Below, in pieces: positions 56,424-64,000 of a DNA stretch of 64,000 nt (positions are counted from its first letter, which is position 1; each line of letters starts with the position of its first letter). The stretch is from positions 31,020 through 95,019 of the forward strand of contig CAVVCG010000046.1 in assembly GCA_963746655.1 (NCBI GenBank), read 5' to 3'. Position numbers and translations under genes: made by a program. The notes under the pieces are model-generated. The model was not told the DNA's origin, did not search any database, and was given only the letters and a program-made list of their open reading frames with translations. This stretch comes from an uncultured Actinomycetes bacterium (lineage in GTDB: Bacteria > Actinomycetota > Thermoleophilia > Gaiellales > Gaiellaceae).

Positions 56424-58112
56424 GTGAGCCGCCTCCTCCCGATCGTCGCGTGGCTGCCACGCTACGACCGTCGCTGGTTGCGGGGTGACGTCGCGGCGGG
56501 TATTGCCGTGACGGCGCTGATCGTGCCGAAGAACCTCGGTTACGCAGGCATTGCCGGGATACCGGTGCAGAACGGTCTCTACGCCGCGGCGGCGGGAGCG
56601 CTCATCTACGCGTTGTTCTGCACGTCACGGCAGATCTCGACCGGCCCGAGCTCGTCGCTTGCCGCCGTCGCCGGGGGTGCGGTGCTCGTGACCGGACTGG
56701 GCGGCGACCAGGCAGCCCAGCTCGTGGCGGCGATCACATTGCTGACGGGTGTGCTGTTCCTGCTGCTCGCCGTCTTGAAGCTGGGCTGGATCGCCCAGTT
56801 CCTCTCCAAGGCGGTCGTCACCGGCTTTCTCGCCGGTGCGGCGGTCGACGTCGTCATCGGCGAGCTGCCGAAGTTGACCGGGACGTCCTCCGAAGGCGAC
56901 AACGCCTGGCGGGAGCTGGGGTCGTGGGTGCGCACGCTGGGAGACGTTCACTGGGCGACGCTCCTGGTCGGGATCGTCGCGCTGGCCGTGATTCTCGCGC
57001 TGCGGTTCGCCGCTCCCGCGATCCCGGGCGCGCTCGTGCTGGTCGTCGGCGGCCTGCTGGCATCGGCGCTCTTCGACCTGGGTGCCCACGGCGTCGCGCT
57101 CGTCGGCGACGTCCCACGTGGGCTTCCGGCGCCCATGCTTCCCGACCTCGACGTCGTCCGGGAGAACCTCTCGGTGATCGGGATCGCGGCCGTCGCGTTG
57201 CTGTTGATCGGCTTCTCGCAGACGGCGGGCGATGCGCGGGCGTTCGCGACCCGGCATCGGTATCGCATCGACGTGGATCAGGAGTCGGTGGCGCAGGGGA
57301 TGGCGAACGTCGGAGCCGGGGTGTTCCAGGGAATGCCGGTTTCGACCAGCCTCTCGGCGAGCTCGCTTAACGAGTCGGCGGGGGCGCGTACACCGGTCGC
57401 TTCGCTCGTCACGGGAGCCCTCGTGCTCGCGACCCTGGTCGTGCTGGCGCCACTGTTCTCCCAGCTGCCGAAGGCGGTGCTCGCGGCGATCATCATCGAC
57501 GCGGTCGTCTTCGGGATGATCGACGTCCCGGAGCTGCGGCGCCTGTACCGGGTGACGCGGTTCGACTTCTGGATCGCCGCAACTGCGATCGTGTGCGTGC
57601 TCTCGGCGGGCGTCCTCGCCGGCGTCGTGATCGGCGTGGTGCTCTCGCTCGGATGGCTCGTCTACGTCGCCACTCAGCCGCCGATGCCGCTCCTGGGTCG
57701 CGAGCCCGATACGCAGGTGTTCCGCGACATCGACGAGAACCCGGACGACCAGACGTTCGAGGGCATCGTCGTACTGCGGCTCGACGGAGGCCTGTTCTTC
57801 GCCACTGCGGAAGCGCTCGAGAACCGCATCCGCGGCGTCGTCGACGACGAGGTCCGGGCGCTGGTGCTCGACCTGGAGGGCGTCAACTTCGTCGACTCCC
57901 AAGGTGCGGCAAAGCTCACCGAGATCCACGAGTTCCTCTCAGCCGAGGACGTCGGGTTCCGTGTCGCACGCGCCAAACCCCAGGTTCTCGCGGTGCTCCG
58001 TGCGGACGGCGTCGTCGACCGGATCGGCGCCGACCACATCCACGGCAACGTCCACCGCGCCGTCGAGGCCGAGATGAACGCTCTCGGTCGTTCGACACGC
58101 GCCACCGTGTAA
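56424..58112 (+). CDS. SulP-family anion transporter with a C-terminal STAS domain
   Basis: Blocks are LPRYDRRWLRGDVAAGIAV, IPVQNGLYAA and SLNESAGARTPVAS. The STAS tail shows VVLRLDGGLFFATAEAL to VLDLEGVNFVDSQGA. Confidence 0.9.
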   Translation: MSRLLPIVAWLPRYDRRWLRGDVAAGIAVTALIVPKNLGYAGIAGIPVQNGLYAAAAGALIYALFCTSRQISTGPSSSLAAVAGGAVLVTGLGGDQAAQLVAAITLLTGVLFLLLAVLKLGWIAQFLSKAVVTGFLAGAAVDVVIGELPKLTGTSSEGDNAWRELGSWVRTLGDVHWATLLVGIVALAVILALRFAAPAIPGALVLVVGGLLASALFDLGAHGVALVGDVPRGLPAPMLPDLDVVRENLSVIGIAAVALLLIGFSQTAGDARAFATRHRYRIDVDQESVAQGMANVGAGVFQGMPVSTSLSASSLNESAGARTPVASLVTGALVLATLVVLAPLFSQLPKAVLAAIIIDAVVFGMIDVPELRRLYRVTRFDFWIAATAIVCVLSAGVLAGVVIGVVLSLGWLVYVATQPPMPLLGREPDTQVFRDIDENPDDQTFEGIVVLRLDGGLFFATAEALENRIRGVVDDEVRALVLDLEGVNFVDSQGAAKLTEIHEFLSAEDVGFRVARAKPQVLAVLRADGVVDRIGADHIHGNVHRAVEAEMNALGRSTRATV

Positions 58113-58169
58113 GCGCGGGCGAGCAAATTCGCGAAGTAACTCCCGTGCCCGCGTCGGGGGCCTCGCTGC

Positions 58170-59682
58170 TCAGCCGACAGGCGGCTCGAAGCCGAATCGG
58201 TCGACGATCAGGCCGTGGCGCAGGCCGCGGTCGCTGACGACGAGCGATTCGCAGCCGAGCTTCGTCAGCACGGTGCGTACGACGCAGGCGCCGGCGAGTA
58301 TGACCTCGGCGCGGTTCGGCTGGAGGCCGACGATCGCACGCCGTTCGTCGGCCGTGCGGGTGCGGTAGAGCTCGATCTGCCGGTCGATCTCGGCCTGGTC
58401 GAGCTGGGTGCCCTGGACGATCTCCGGGTCGTACGCCACGAGTCCGTGTTTGACGGCGGCGAGGTTGGTCAGCGCACCGCCCATCCCGACGAGCGCGTCG
58501 GGCGTGGGTTGGCCGTCGAGGCAGTCGAGCTCGGCGGCGATCCCGTCGAGGGCCGCGGCGAGCGCTTCTGCGGAGATAGTCCCGTCGAGCCCGTGGCGCT
58601 CCGTCAGGCGCACCGCACCGACGGGCACGCTGAACTGATCGTCGATCTCGTCGCCGCGCCCGAACGTGAACTGGGAGCTGCCGCCGCCGGTGTCGAAGAC
58701 GTCGAGCGAGCCGCGGGCGAGGCCGATCGCGGACTTGGCGGCGAGGTAGGCGAGGCGGCCCTCCTCCTTGCCCGGAGATGATCTCGATCCGGACGCCGCA
58801 GCGGGCCTCGACCTCGCTGACGAATTCGTCCCGGTTCACTGCTGCGCGCATCCCGGCGGTCCCGACGGCCGCGATCGCGACTGCGCCGGCGCGTCTCGAC
58901 TCGTCGGCCATCGCGGCGATCGCCTCCATCGTCCGCTTCATCGGCTCCGGCTGGAGGCTGCCGGCCGCGTCGAGCCCCTCGCCGAGGCGGGTCACCGCGG
59001 CCCGGTCGACGACCGTGCTCCAGGTGCCGTCCGCGTGCCGTTCGCCGATGTGGAGCTTGACCGAGTTCGTCCCGACGTCGATCACCGCGTATCGGTTCGT
59101 CCCGAAGCCGATGAGCGTCTTCAGCCCCCGGGCCATGCAGACGTTCGCGCGCGAGGCGAGACCGAGCGAGCGCACGGCCGCCAGCACGCGGGCGGGATCC
59201 TCGGACTCGACAGCGATCGTGCGCGTCGAGGCATTATCGGCGCGCACCTCACTCATCTCCGCCGTGCAGCCGCCGACGGTGTAGCGGGCGCGTCGCTTGT
59301 GCACGTCAACGGCAAGCAGGGCGTCGTTCGGGCGCACGATCTCGTCGACGAGGTCGTCGAGGGTGTACGCAGCGCGGTCGAGCGGCGTCGCGGCGACCCG
59401 CAGGCTTTCGAGCACGGCGGCGACGTCGGCGGCGGCCAGCGGGAAGGCGCCCTTCATGACCGGCACCCACTGCTCGAGCCCGTCGTCGTCGACGTCCTGC
59501 AGCTGCTTGACGTCCATGAGCGCCTCCCGGACCTTGACCGAGGCATCGCTCTCTCTGGCGAGCAGGTACAGCTCGTCGCTCTCCTGGACGCGCTCCACAG
59601 TCAGAGCGGCGAAGGCCTCCTCGGCCGCGCCGAAGTCCTCACCGAACGTCCGCCATTCCCAGCGTGGAACGATCTCCGCCAT
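58170..59682 (-). pseudogene. ppx: Fusion of an N-terminal CYTH/TTM-like domain with a Ppx/GppA exopolyphosphatase, with an apparent +1 frameshift near 58772
   Basis: The first 195 aa or so (PRWEWRTFGEDF to VKVREALMDVKQL to HKRRARYTVGG) resemble a triphosphate tunnel fold. The Ppx/GppA part runs YAVIDVGTNSVKLHIGE to IEIISG. It continues in the next frame as KEEGRLAYLAAKS to FDTGGGSSQF to VSDRGLRHGLI. Confidence 0.75.
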
Positions 59683-60467
59683 CAGGCCTGCTCGCCGCGC
59701 GCGATGCCGGCGAAGTACTCGAGCGCCTTCCGCGTCTTCGTCTGCTGCTCGCCGCTGAGGTCGACGCCACGACCAGTCAGGTATGTCCGCAGCTCGGCGG
59801 CGATCTGGAAGCCCTCACTCGGCAGGCATTTCGTCGAGAGCTCGAGCAGGCGCGACCCGTCGGGGTAGAGCCACATTTCGGCGACGAGTCTCCGGCGGTC
59901 GAGCTCTTCGGGCGTCAACCGGAGCTTGAGGACGAAGATGGGACCGAGGACGGTGAGGTCGTCGAGCCCGATCCCCTCGGGTGCGTGTGCGGCGTAGAAC
60001 GCCCGCTGCTCCCGGGAGAAGAGCTTTCGCAGTGGCAGGCCGCCCGCGACGGTCGCCCTGATGTCGGTCTTGCGGGGAGTCCCACGGAGGGATGCCGAGC
60101 AGACGAAGCCGCCCGGCATCGCGTCGACCTCGACGAAGAAGCCCGCCGACCGGCGCAGGTCAGCAGGCAGGTCTGCGGGCACGACCGGGCGCAGCTTCAC
60201 GACCGAGTCGTCCCCCTTCCCCTGGACGCGGCGAGCGCGGACGACGACGCCGCTCCCGCTCACCGTCAGGTCCGGGGTGTCGAAGAAGTAGATCTGACGG
60301 ATCTGCGCCTCGAGCGGGTCCAGGCCGAGCGAGACCACGGCCGAGCGATGCTCGAACTCCGGCACGGTGACCTTCAGCTCGACGCTGTCCGAGTCGTTCA
60401 TCAGCGCCAGCAGACGGCCCAGCTCCTCGTCCGTGGCCGCGGCCCTGGGACTGCTCGTCGAAGTCAT
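59682..60467 (-). CDS. CYTH/TTM-like (class IV adenylate cyclase/triphosphatase fold) protein
   Basis: Blocks are DSVELKVTV (ExK-type strand 1), VVRARRVQGKGDDSVVKLRPV, FFVEVDAMP and LVAEMWLYPDGSRLLELSTK. An AAGGAGG RBS lies upstream. The stop overlaps the ppx-fusion start as TGATG. Confidence 0.65.
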   Translation of the reverse strand: MTSTSSPRAAATDEELGRLLALMNDSDSVELKVTVPEFEHRSAVVSLGLDPLEAQIRQIYFFDTPDLTVSGSGVVVRARRVQGKGDDSVVKLRPVVPADLPADLRRSAGFFVEVDAMPGGFVCSASLRGTPRKTDIRATVAGGLPLRKLFSREQRAFYAAHAPEGIGLDDLTVLGPIFVLKLRLTPEELDRRRLVAEMWLYPDGSRLLELSTKCLPSEGFQIAAELRTYLTGRGVDLSGEQQTKTRKALEYFAGIARGEQA

Positions 60468-60620
60468 GCGTTCCTCCTTTTGCGGTGCTTCGAGCGTACA
60501 GCCGCAGACGCTGAGACGCGCTCCCGATTGCCCGAAGCCACGCCGAGCCGCCGCGAACTTGTCAAGGTATGACGGGCATGACCAGCGTGGCCATGAACAT
60601 GTTCTCGCCTCCTCCTCGCG

Positions 60621-63381
60621 TCAGGTCTGCGCGGCCTGGGGCGCTGGCGACTGCATCTCCGCGGTGGCGGGAACCGGCTCTCCGTGACCGGAGTGCCGGT
60701 CGTAGAGCTTGCCGAGCTCTGTGATCGCGAGGTAGGCGATCGGGCCGAGCAGGCAGATGCCCCACTGCGAGCTCGTCAACGGCACCGTGTCGAAGATCCG
60801 CTGCAGCGCCGAGAGCTCCGTCACGAGGAACGTGAGCACGAGCGCCGCGCCGATCAGCTGCACGAAGCGCCGGTTCGCGATCGTGTACCGCTTGAAGATC
60901 GTCCCGGTCGGCTCGCGGCACTCGAGCGCGGCGACGATGTGCATGAGGGAGAGCGTCGTCAGGCCCATCGTCGTCGCGACGACGAGGTCGTAACGCTCCT
61001 CGCCCCATGCGACGATGCCCAGCGCGAGCGCGGCCATGACCAGCGCAGAGAGGCCGAGCCGGATCGCGAGCGGGCGGTCGACGATCGCGGCCGCCGCGTC
61101 GCGCGGCGACACGCCGCATCAGGCCGGGGGCCGCCGCGTCGAAGCCGAGCCCGATCGCGAGCAGCACGTCGATCGCGAAGTTGATCCAGAGGATCTGCAG
61201 CGGCGTCAGCGGCGCTCCGTTGGCGACGTCGAAGATCCCGGCCCCGACGAAGAGGAGGATGAACGCGCCGAGCATGATCAGCTGGACGCGGACGTACTTC
61301 ATCAGGTTGTCGTAGATGCCGCGGCCGCCCTCGACCGCGGCGACGATGGTGGCGAAGTTGTCGTCGGTGAGGATCATGTCCGCCGCCTCCTTGGTGACCT
61401 CGGTGCCGGTGATCCCCATCGCGACTCCGATGTCCGCGCGCTTCAGCGCCGGCGCGTCGTTGACCCCGTCGCCGGTCATCGCCACGACGTTCCCCTTGCG
61501 CTTGAGCATGTCGACGAGCCGCACCTTGTCCTCCGGCGCCACGCGGGCGACGACGCCGATCCCGTCGACCTGGGCCTCGAGCTCCTCGTCGCTGAGCGCC
61601 GCGAACTCGGTCCCCGGGAGCGCGCGGCCCTCGATCCCGAGCTGGGCCGCGATTGCGGCGGCGGTCGTGGCGTGGTCGCCGGTGATCATGCGGACACGGA
61701 TTCCCGCCTCCTTGCAGAGGGCGATCGCGTCCCTCGCCTCCTTGCGCGCCGGGTCGACGATGGCCACGAGCGCGAGCAGCGTCAGGCCCTGCACCTCGTC
61801 GAGCAGGACGCCGTCACGGTCGAACGCCGACGGGTCGATGTCCCGCGAGCCGACCGCCAGCACCCGGAGCCCCTCGCCGGCGAGCCGGTCGTTCTCGGCG
61901 AGTACCTTGTCGCGGCCGCTCTCCGTCGGAACATTCGCGCCGTCGGCGTCGCGGATCGACGACGAGCGCGCGAGCAGGATGTCCGGCGCTCCCTTGACGA
62001 AGCAGCGGACGACTCCGTCCATCTCGTGGAAGGTCGCCATCAGCTTGTACTCGGAGTCGAACGGCACCTCGGCGATCCGCGGGTACACGCGCCGCGTCTC
62101 GTCGACGTCGAGCCCGCCCTTCGCGGCGAGCACGACGAGCGCCGCTTCGGTCGGGTCGCCCACGATCTCGCCGTCGCGCACCGCCGCGTCGTTCGCAAGC
62201 GCCATCGGCAGCAGGAACGGCTCGAGCGCCGTGTCCGTGTCGCCCGCGACCCGCAGGATCTTGCCCGCGGTCGAGTAACCCTCGCCCTCGACCGAGTAGC
62301 GGCGGCCGACGACCACGAGCTGCCGTGCGGTCATCTGGTTGAGGGTGAGCGTGCCGGTCTTGTCCGAGCAGATCGCCGCGGTCGAGCCGAGCGTCTCGAC
62401 CGAGCGCAGCCGCTTGACGATCGCCCCCTTGGCCGCGAGCGCCTGCGTCCCGAGCGAGAGCATCGTCGTGACGACCGCCGGCAGCCCGGTCGGGATCGCC
62501 GCGATCGCCAGGCTGATCCCGATCAGGAACAGCTCGTCGAAGTCGTCGCCGTTGATGAGACCGAAGACGATCACGAGCCCCAGCGCGGCCGCTGCCATGA
62601 TCGTGATCAGCAAGGTCAGCTGGTCGAGCTGGCGCGTGAGCGGCGTCTTCTCCTGCTGGACCCCGGCCAGCATCCCCGAGATCTGCCCGACCTCGGTCGC
62701 CATTCCCGTCGCGGTGACCACCATCTCCCCCCGGCCGCGCGTCACGGTCGAGTTCATGTAGGCCATGTCGACGCGGTCGCCGAGGGGGACCTCGTCGCCC
62801 GGCACCGGTTCGACCGACTTCAGCACCGGGGTGCTCTCGCCGGTCAGCGCGGCCTCCTCGATCTCCAGCGTCGCGGCCACGACCAGGCGCCCGTCCGCAG
62901 GGACCTTGTCGCCGGCCTCGAAGGTGACGATGTCGCCGGGGACGACCTCCTCGGCGGGGATGTCCGCCCGCTCGCCGCCGCGGCGGACATGCGCGTGGAT
63001 CAGGAGCATCTTCTGGAGCGCGGCGACGCTCTCCGCGGCCTTGCCCTCCTGGTTCAGGCCCAGGACCGCGTTGAGCACGGTCAGGCCGATGATCACGATC
63101 CCCGTCGAGAACTCCTGCAGGGCGACCATGCTGACGATCGCGGCGCCGAGGAGGACGAGCTGCATGAGGTCGCGGTACTGGCGGAGGAACGCCCGCCAGG
63201 CGGGCTCCTTCTCCGCCTCCGCGAGCTTGTTCGAGCCGTGCTGCGCGCGGCGCCGCTCGACCTCGGCGGCGTCGAGCCCGGAGCGCGGGTCGACCTCGAA
63301 CCGCGCGCAGGCCTCGTCGGCCGTCAGGCCGTGCCATGCAGTCACGTCACCGGTGGCCTCGACGGTCGCTGCGGCGGTCAT
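60621..63381 (-). pseudogene. P-type (P2-like) cation-transporting ATPase with an apparent +1 frameshift near 61120
   Basis: Blocks are TGES, ICSDKTGTLT, KGAPD, MITGDH and MTGDGVNDAPALKRADIGVAMG. The last four TM helices (IVDRPLAIRLG to LTSSQWGICLLGPIAYL) lie in the adjacent frame. Confidence 0.85.
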
Positions 63382-63533
63382 GCCGGCGCCTCCGTCGTGA
63401 CCCTCGTGCCGTGGCTCCCGACGTCGTCGCCGCGATGATGCTCCGGTCCGCGGGCGTAGGCGATCAGTCCGATCATGCTGAGCACGATCACGATCCCGAT
63501 CAGCAAGGCGAGCCAGCGAGCGGTGTTGCCCAT
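63378..63533 (-). CDS. 51-aa single-pass membrane peptide, translationally coupled to the P-type ATPase (below the ORF-track cutoff)
   Basis: GGAAAGGAGGG lies 5 nt before ATG 63533. The product is MGNTARWLALLIGIVIVLSMIGLIAYARGPEHHRGDDVGSHGTRVTTEAPA*. Its TGA overlaps the ATPase ATG as ATGA. Confidence 0.6.
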   Translation of the reverse strand: MGNTARWLALLIGIVIVLSMIGLIAYARGPEHHRGDDVGSHGTRVTTEAPA

Positions 63534-63555
63534 CGGATCCCTCCTTTCCCGGCCG

Positions 63556-64000
63556 TCATGACACGGCCGCCGCGATTGCGAGGACGACGATGCAGAGAAC
63601 GGCCAGAGCGGCGAGCAGCGGCCACACCCAGCGCAGGTACGTCCCGTACGGGACGCGCGCGATCGCGAGGCCTCCCATCACGACCGCCGACGTCGGGATG
63701 AACAGGTTCATGAGGCCAGAGGCGCTCTGGTAGGCGGTCACGACGAGAGACTCCGGCACCCCGACGAACCCGGCCAGCGGCGACGTGATCGGCATCGCTA
63801 CGGTCGCGAGCCCCGACGACGACGGGATCAGGAACGAGAGCGGCAGGAAGAGCAGGAACATCACGACCGCGAACACCGCCTCGCCCGCGTCGCCGAGGGC
63901 GCGCTCCACCCAGTGGAGCACGGTGTCGGTGATCTCGCCGTTGTTCATGATCACGGTGATCCCGCGGGCGATCCCGATGATCAGCGCGACCCCGAGGAGG
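63556..64000 (-). CDS. YfcC/DcuC-type (C4-dicarboxylate anaerobic carrier family) membrane transporter, C-terminal part; the 5' end lies outside the window
   Basis: IIGIARGITVIMNNGEITDTVLHWVE to PSSSGLATVAMPITSPLAGFVGVP to YQSASGLMNLFIPTS matches the YfcC-family C-terminus. The ORF is open to the window edge. Confidence 0.7.
   Translation of the reverse strand, partial: LLGVALIIGIARGITVIMNNGEITDTVLHWVERALGDAGEAVFAVVMFLLFLPLSFLIPSSSGLATVAMPITSPLAGFVGVPESLVVTAYQSASGLMNLFIPTSAVVMGGLAIARVPYGTYLRWVWPLLAALAVLCIVVLAIAAAVS

Noticed and set aside
63541-63560. Hairpin CGGCCGT-catgac-ACGGCCG, considered as a terminator between the YfcC-type gene and the peptide/ATPase genes
   Set aside because: The stem is only 7 bp, there is no U-tract, and it overlaps the stop codon. 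The evidence is too weak to call.

Overview
This is a 64-kb, high-GC (about 70% by eye) chromosomal segment of actinobacterial character. Real genes show strong third-position GC bias, so most long ORFs in the six-frame track are antisense or shadow ORFs. I support about 60 protein-coding loci. I found no rRNA, tRNA or CRISPR. Blocks: (1) 1-6.4 kb holds an M20 peptidase/RimK-type ATP-grasp read-through ORF, an AraC+VOC pair, a methyltransferase, a PLDc_N/SHOCT membrane protein and a MacB-type ABC exporter pair. (2) 6.4-18.3 kb holds a complete form I aerobic CO-dehydrogenase cluster, coxM-coxS-coxL with the AYRCSFR loop, followed by two XdhC-type maturation genes (one fused to a YHS metal-binding domain) and coxG. 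This cluster is divergent from coxD (MoxR AAA+) and coxE (VWA), which converge on a second, form II (AYRGAGR) coxS-coxL-coxM cluster. (3) 18.4-28.5 kb holds an FN3 membrane protein, a CYTH/TTM-like gene, an M20 dipeptidase with an AbgT transporter, an SLC13 remnant, a phosphodiester glycosidase, a glutaminase and a Vps62-like membrane protein. (4) 28.5-33.7 kb holds a DUF429 gene, typA, an FMN alpha-hydroxy-acid oxidase, a CbbX/SpoVK-type AAA+ and an M29 aminopeptidase. (5) 34-49.5 kb holds two sugar ABC importer loci, a decay zone (37.25-39.3 kb) with an exact breakpoint truncating two convergent genes, a MarR-MFS pair, an FAD oxidoreductase, a membrane beta-helix protein and a DUF4032 kinase-like protein. 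(6) 49.5-64 kb holds an OmpR/HK pair, an RTX-like Ca-binding protein, an MshEN-like protein, a 171-bp MITE-like element, a haloalkane dehalogenase, a lower-GC PLD island and a SulP/STAS transporter. It also holds a CYTH-like + CYTH-Ppx/GppA operon, a P-type ATPase preceded by an untracked 51-aa membrane peptide, and a partial YfcC-type transporter. The most pervasive anomaly is at least 25 single-base frame disruptions, almost all +1 and mostly placeable in G/C runs. They are concentrated in accessory genes, while the form I cox genes are intact; one of the three form II cox genes (coxM) is also hit.
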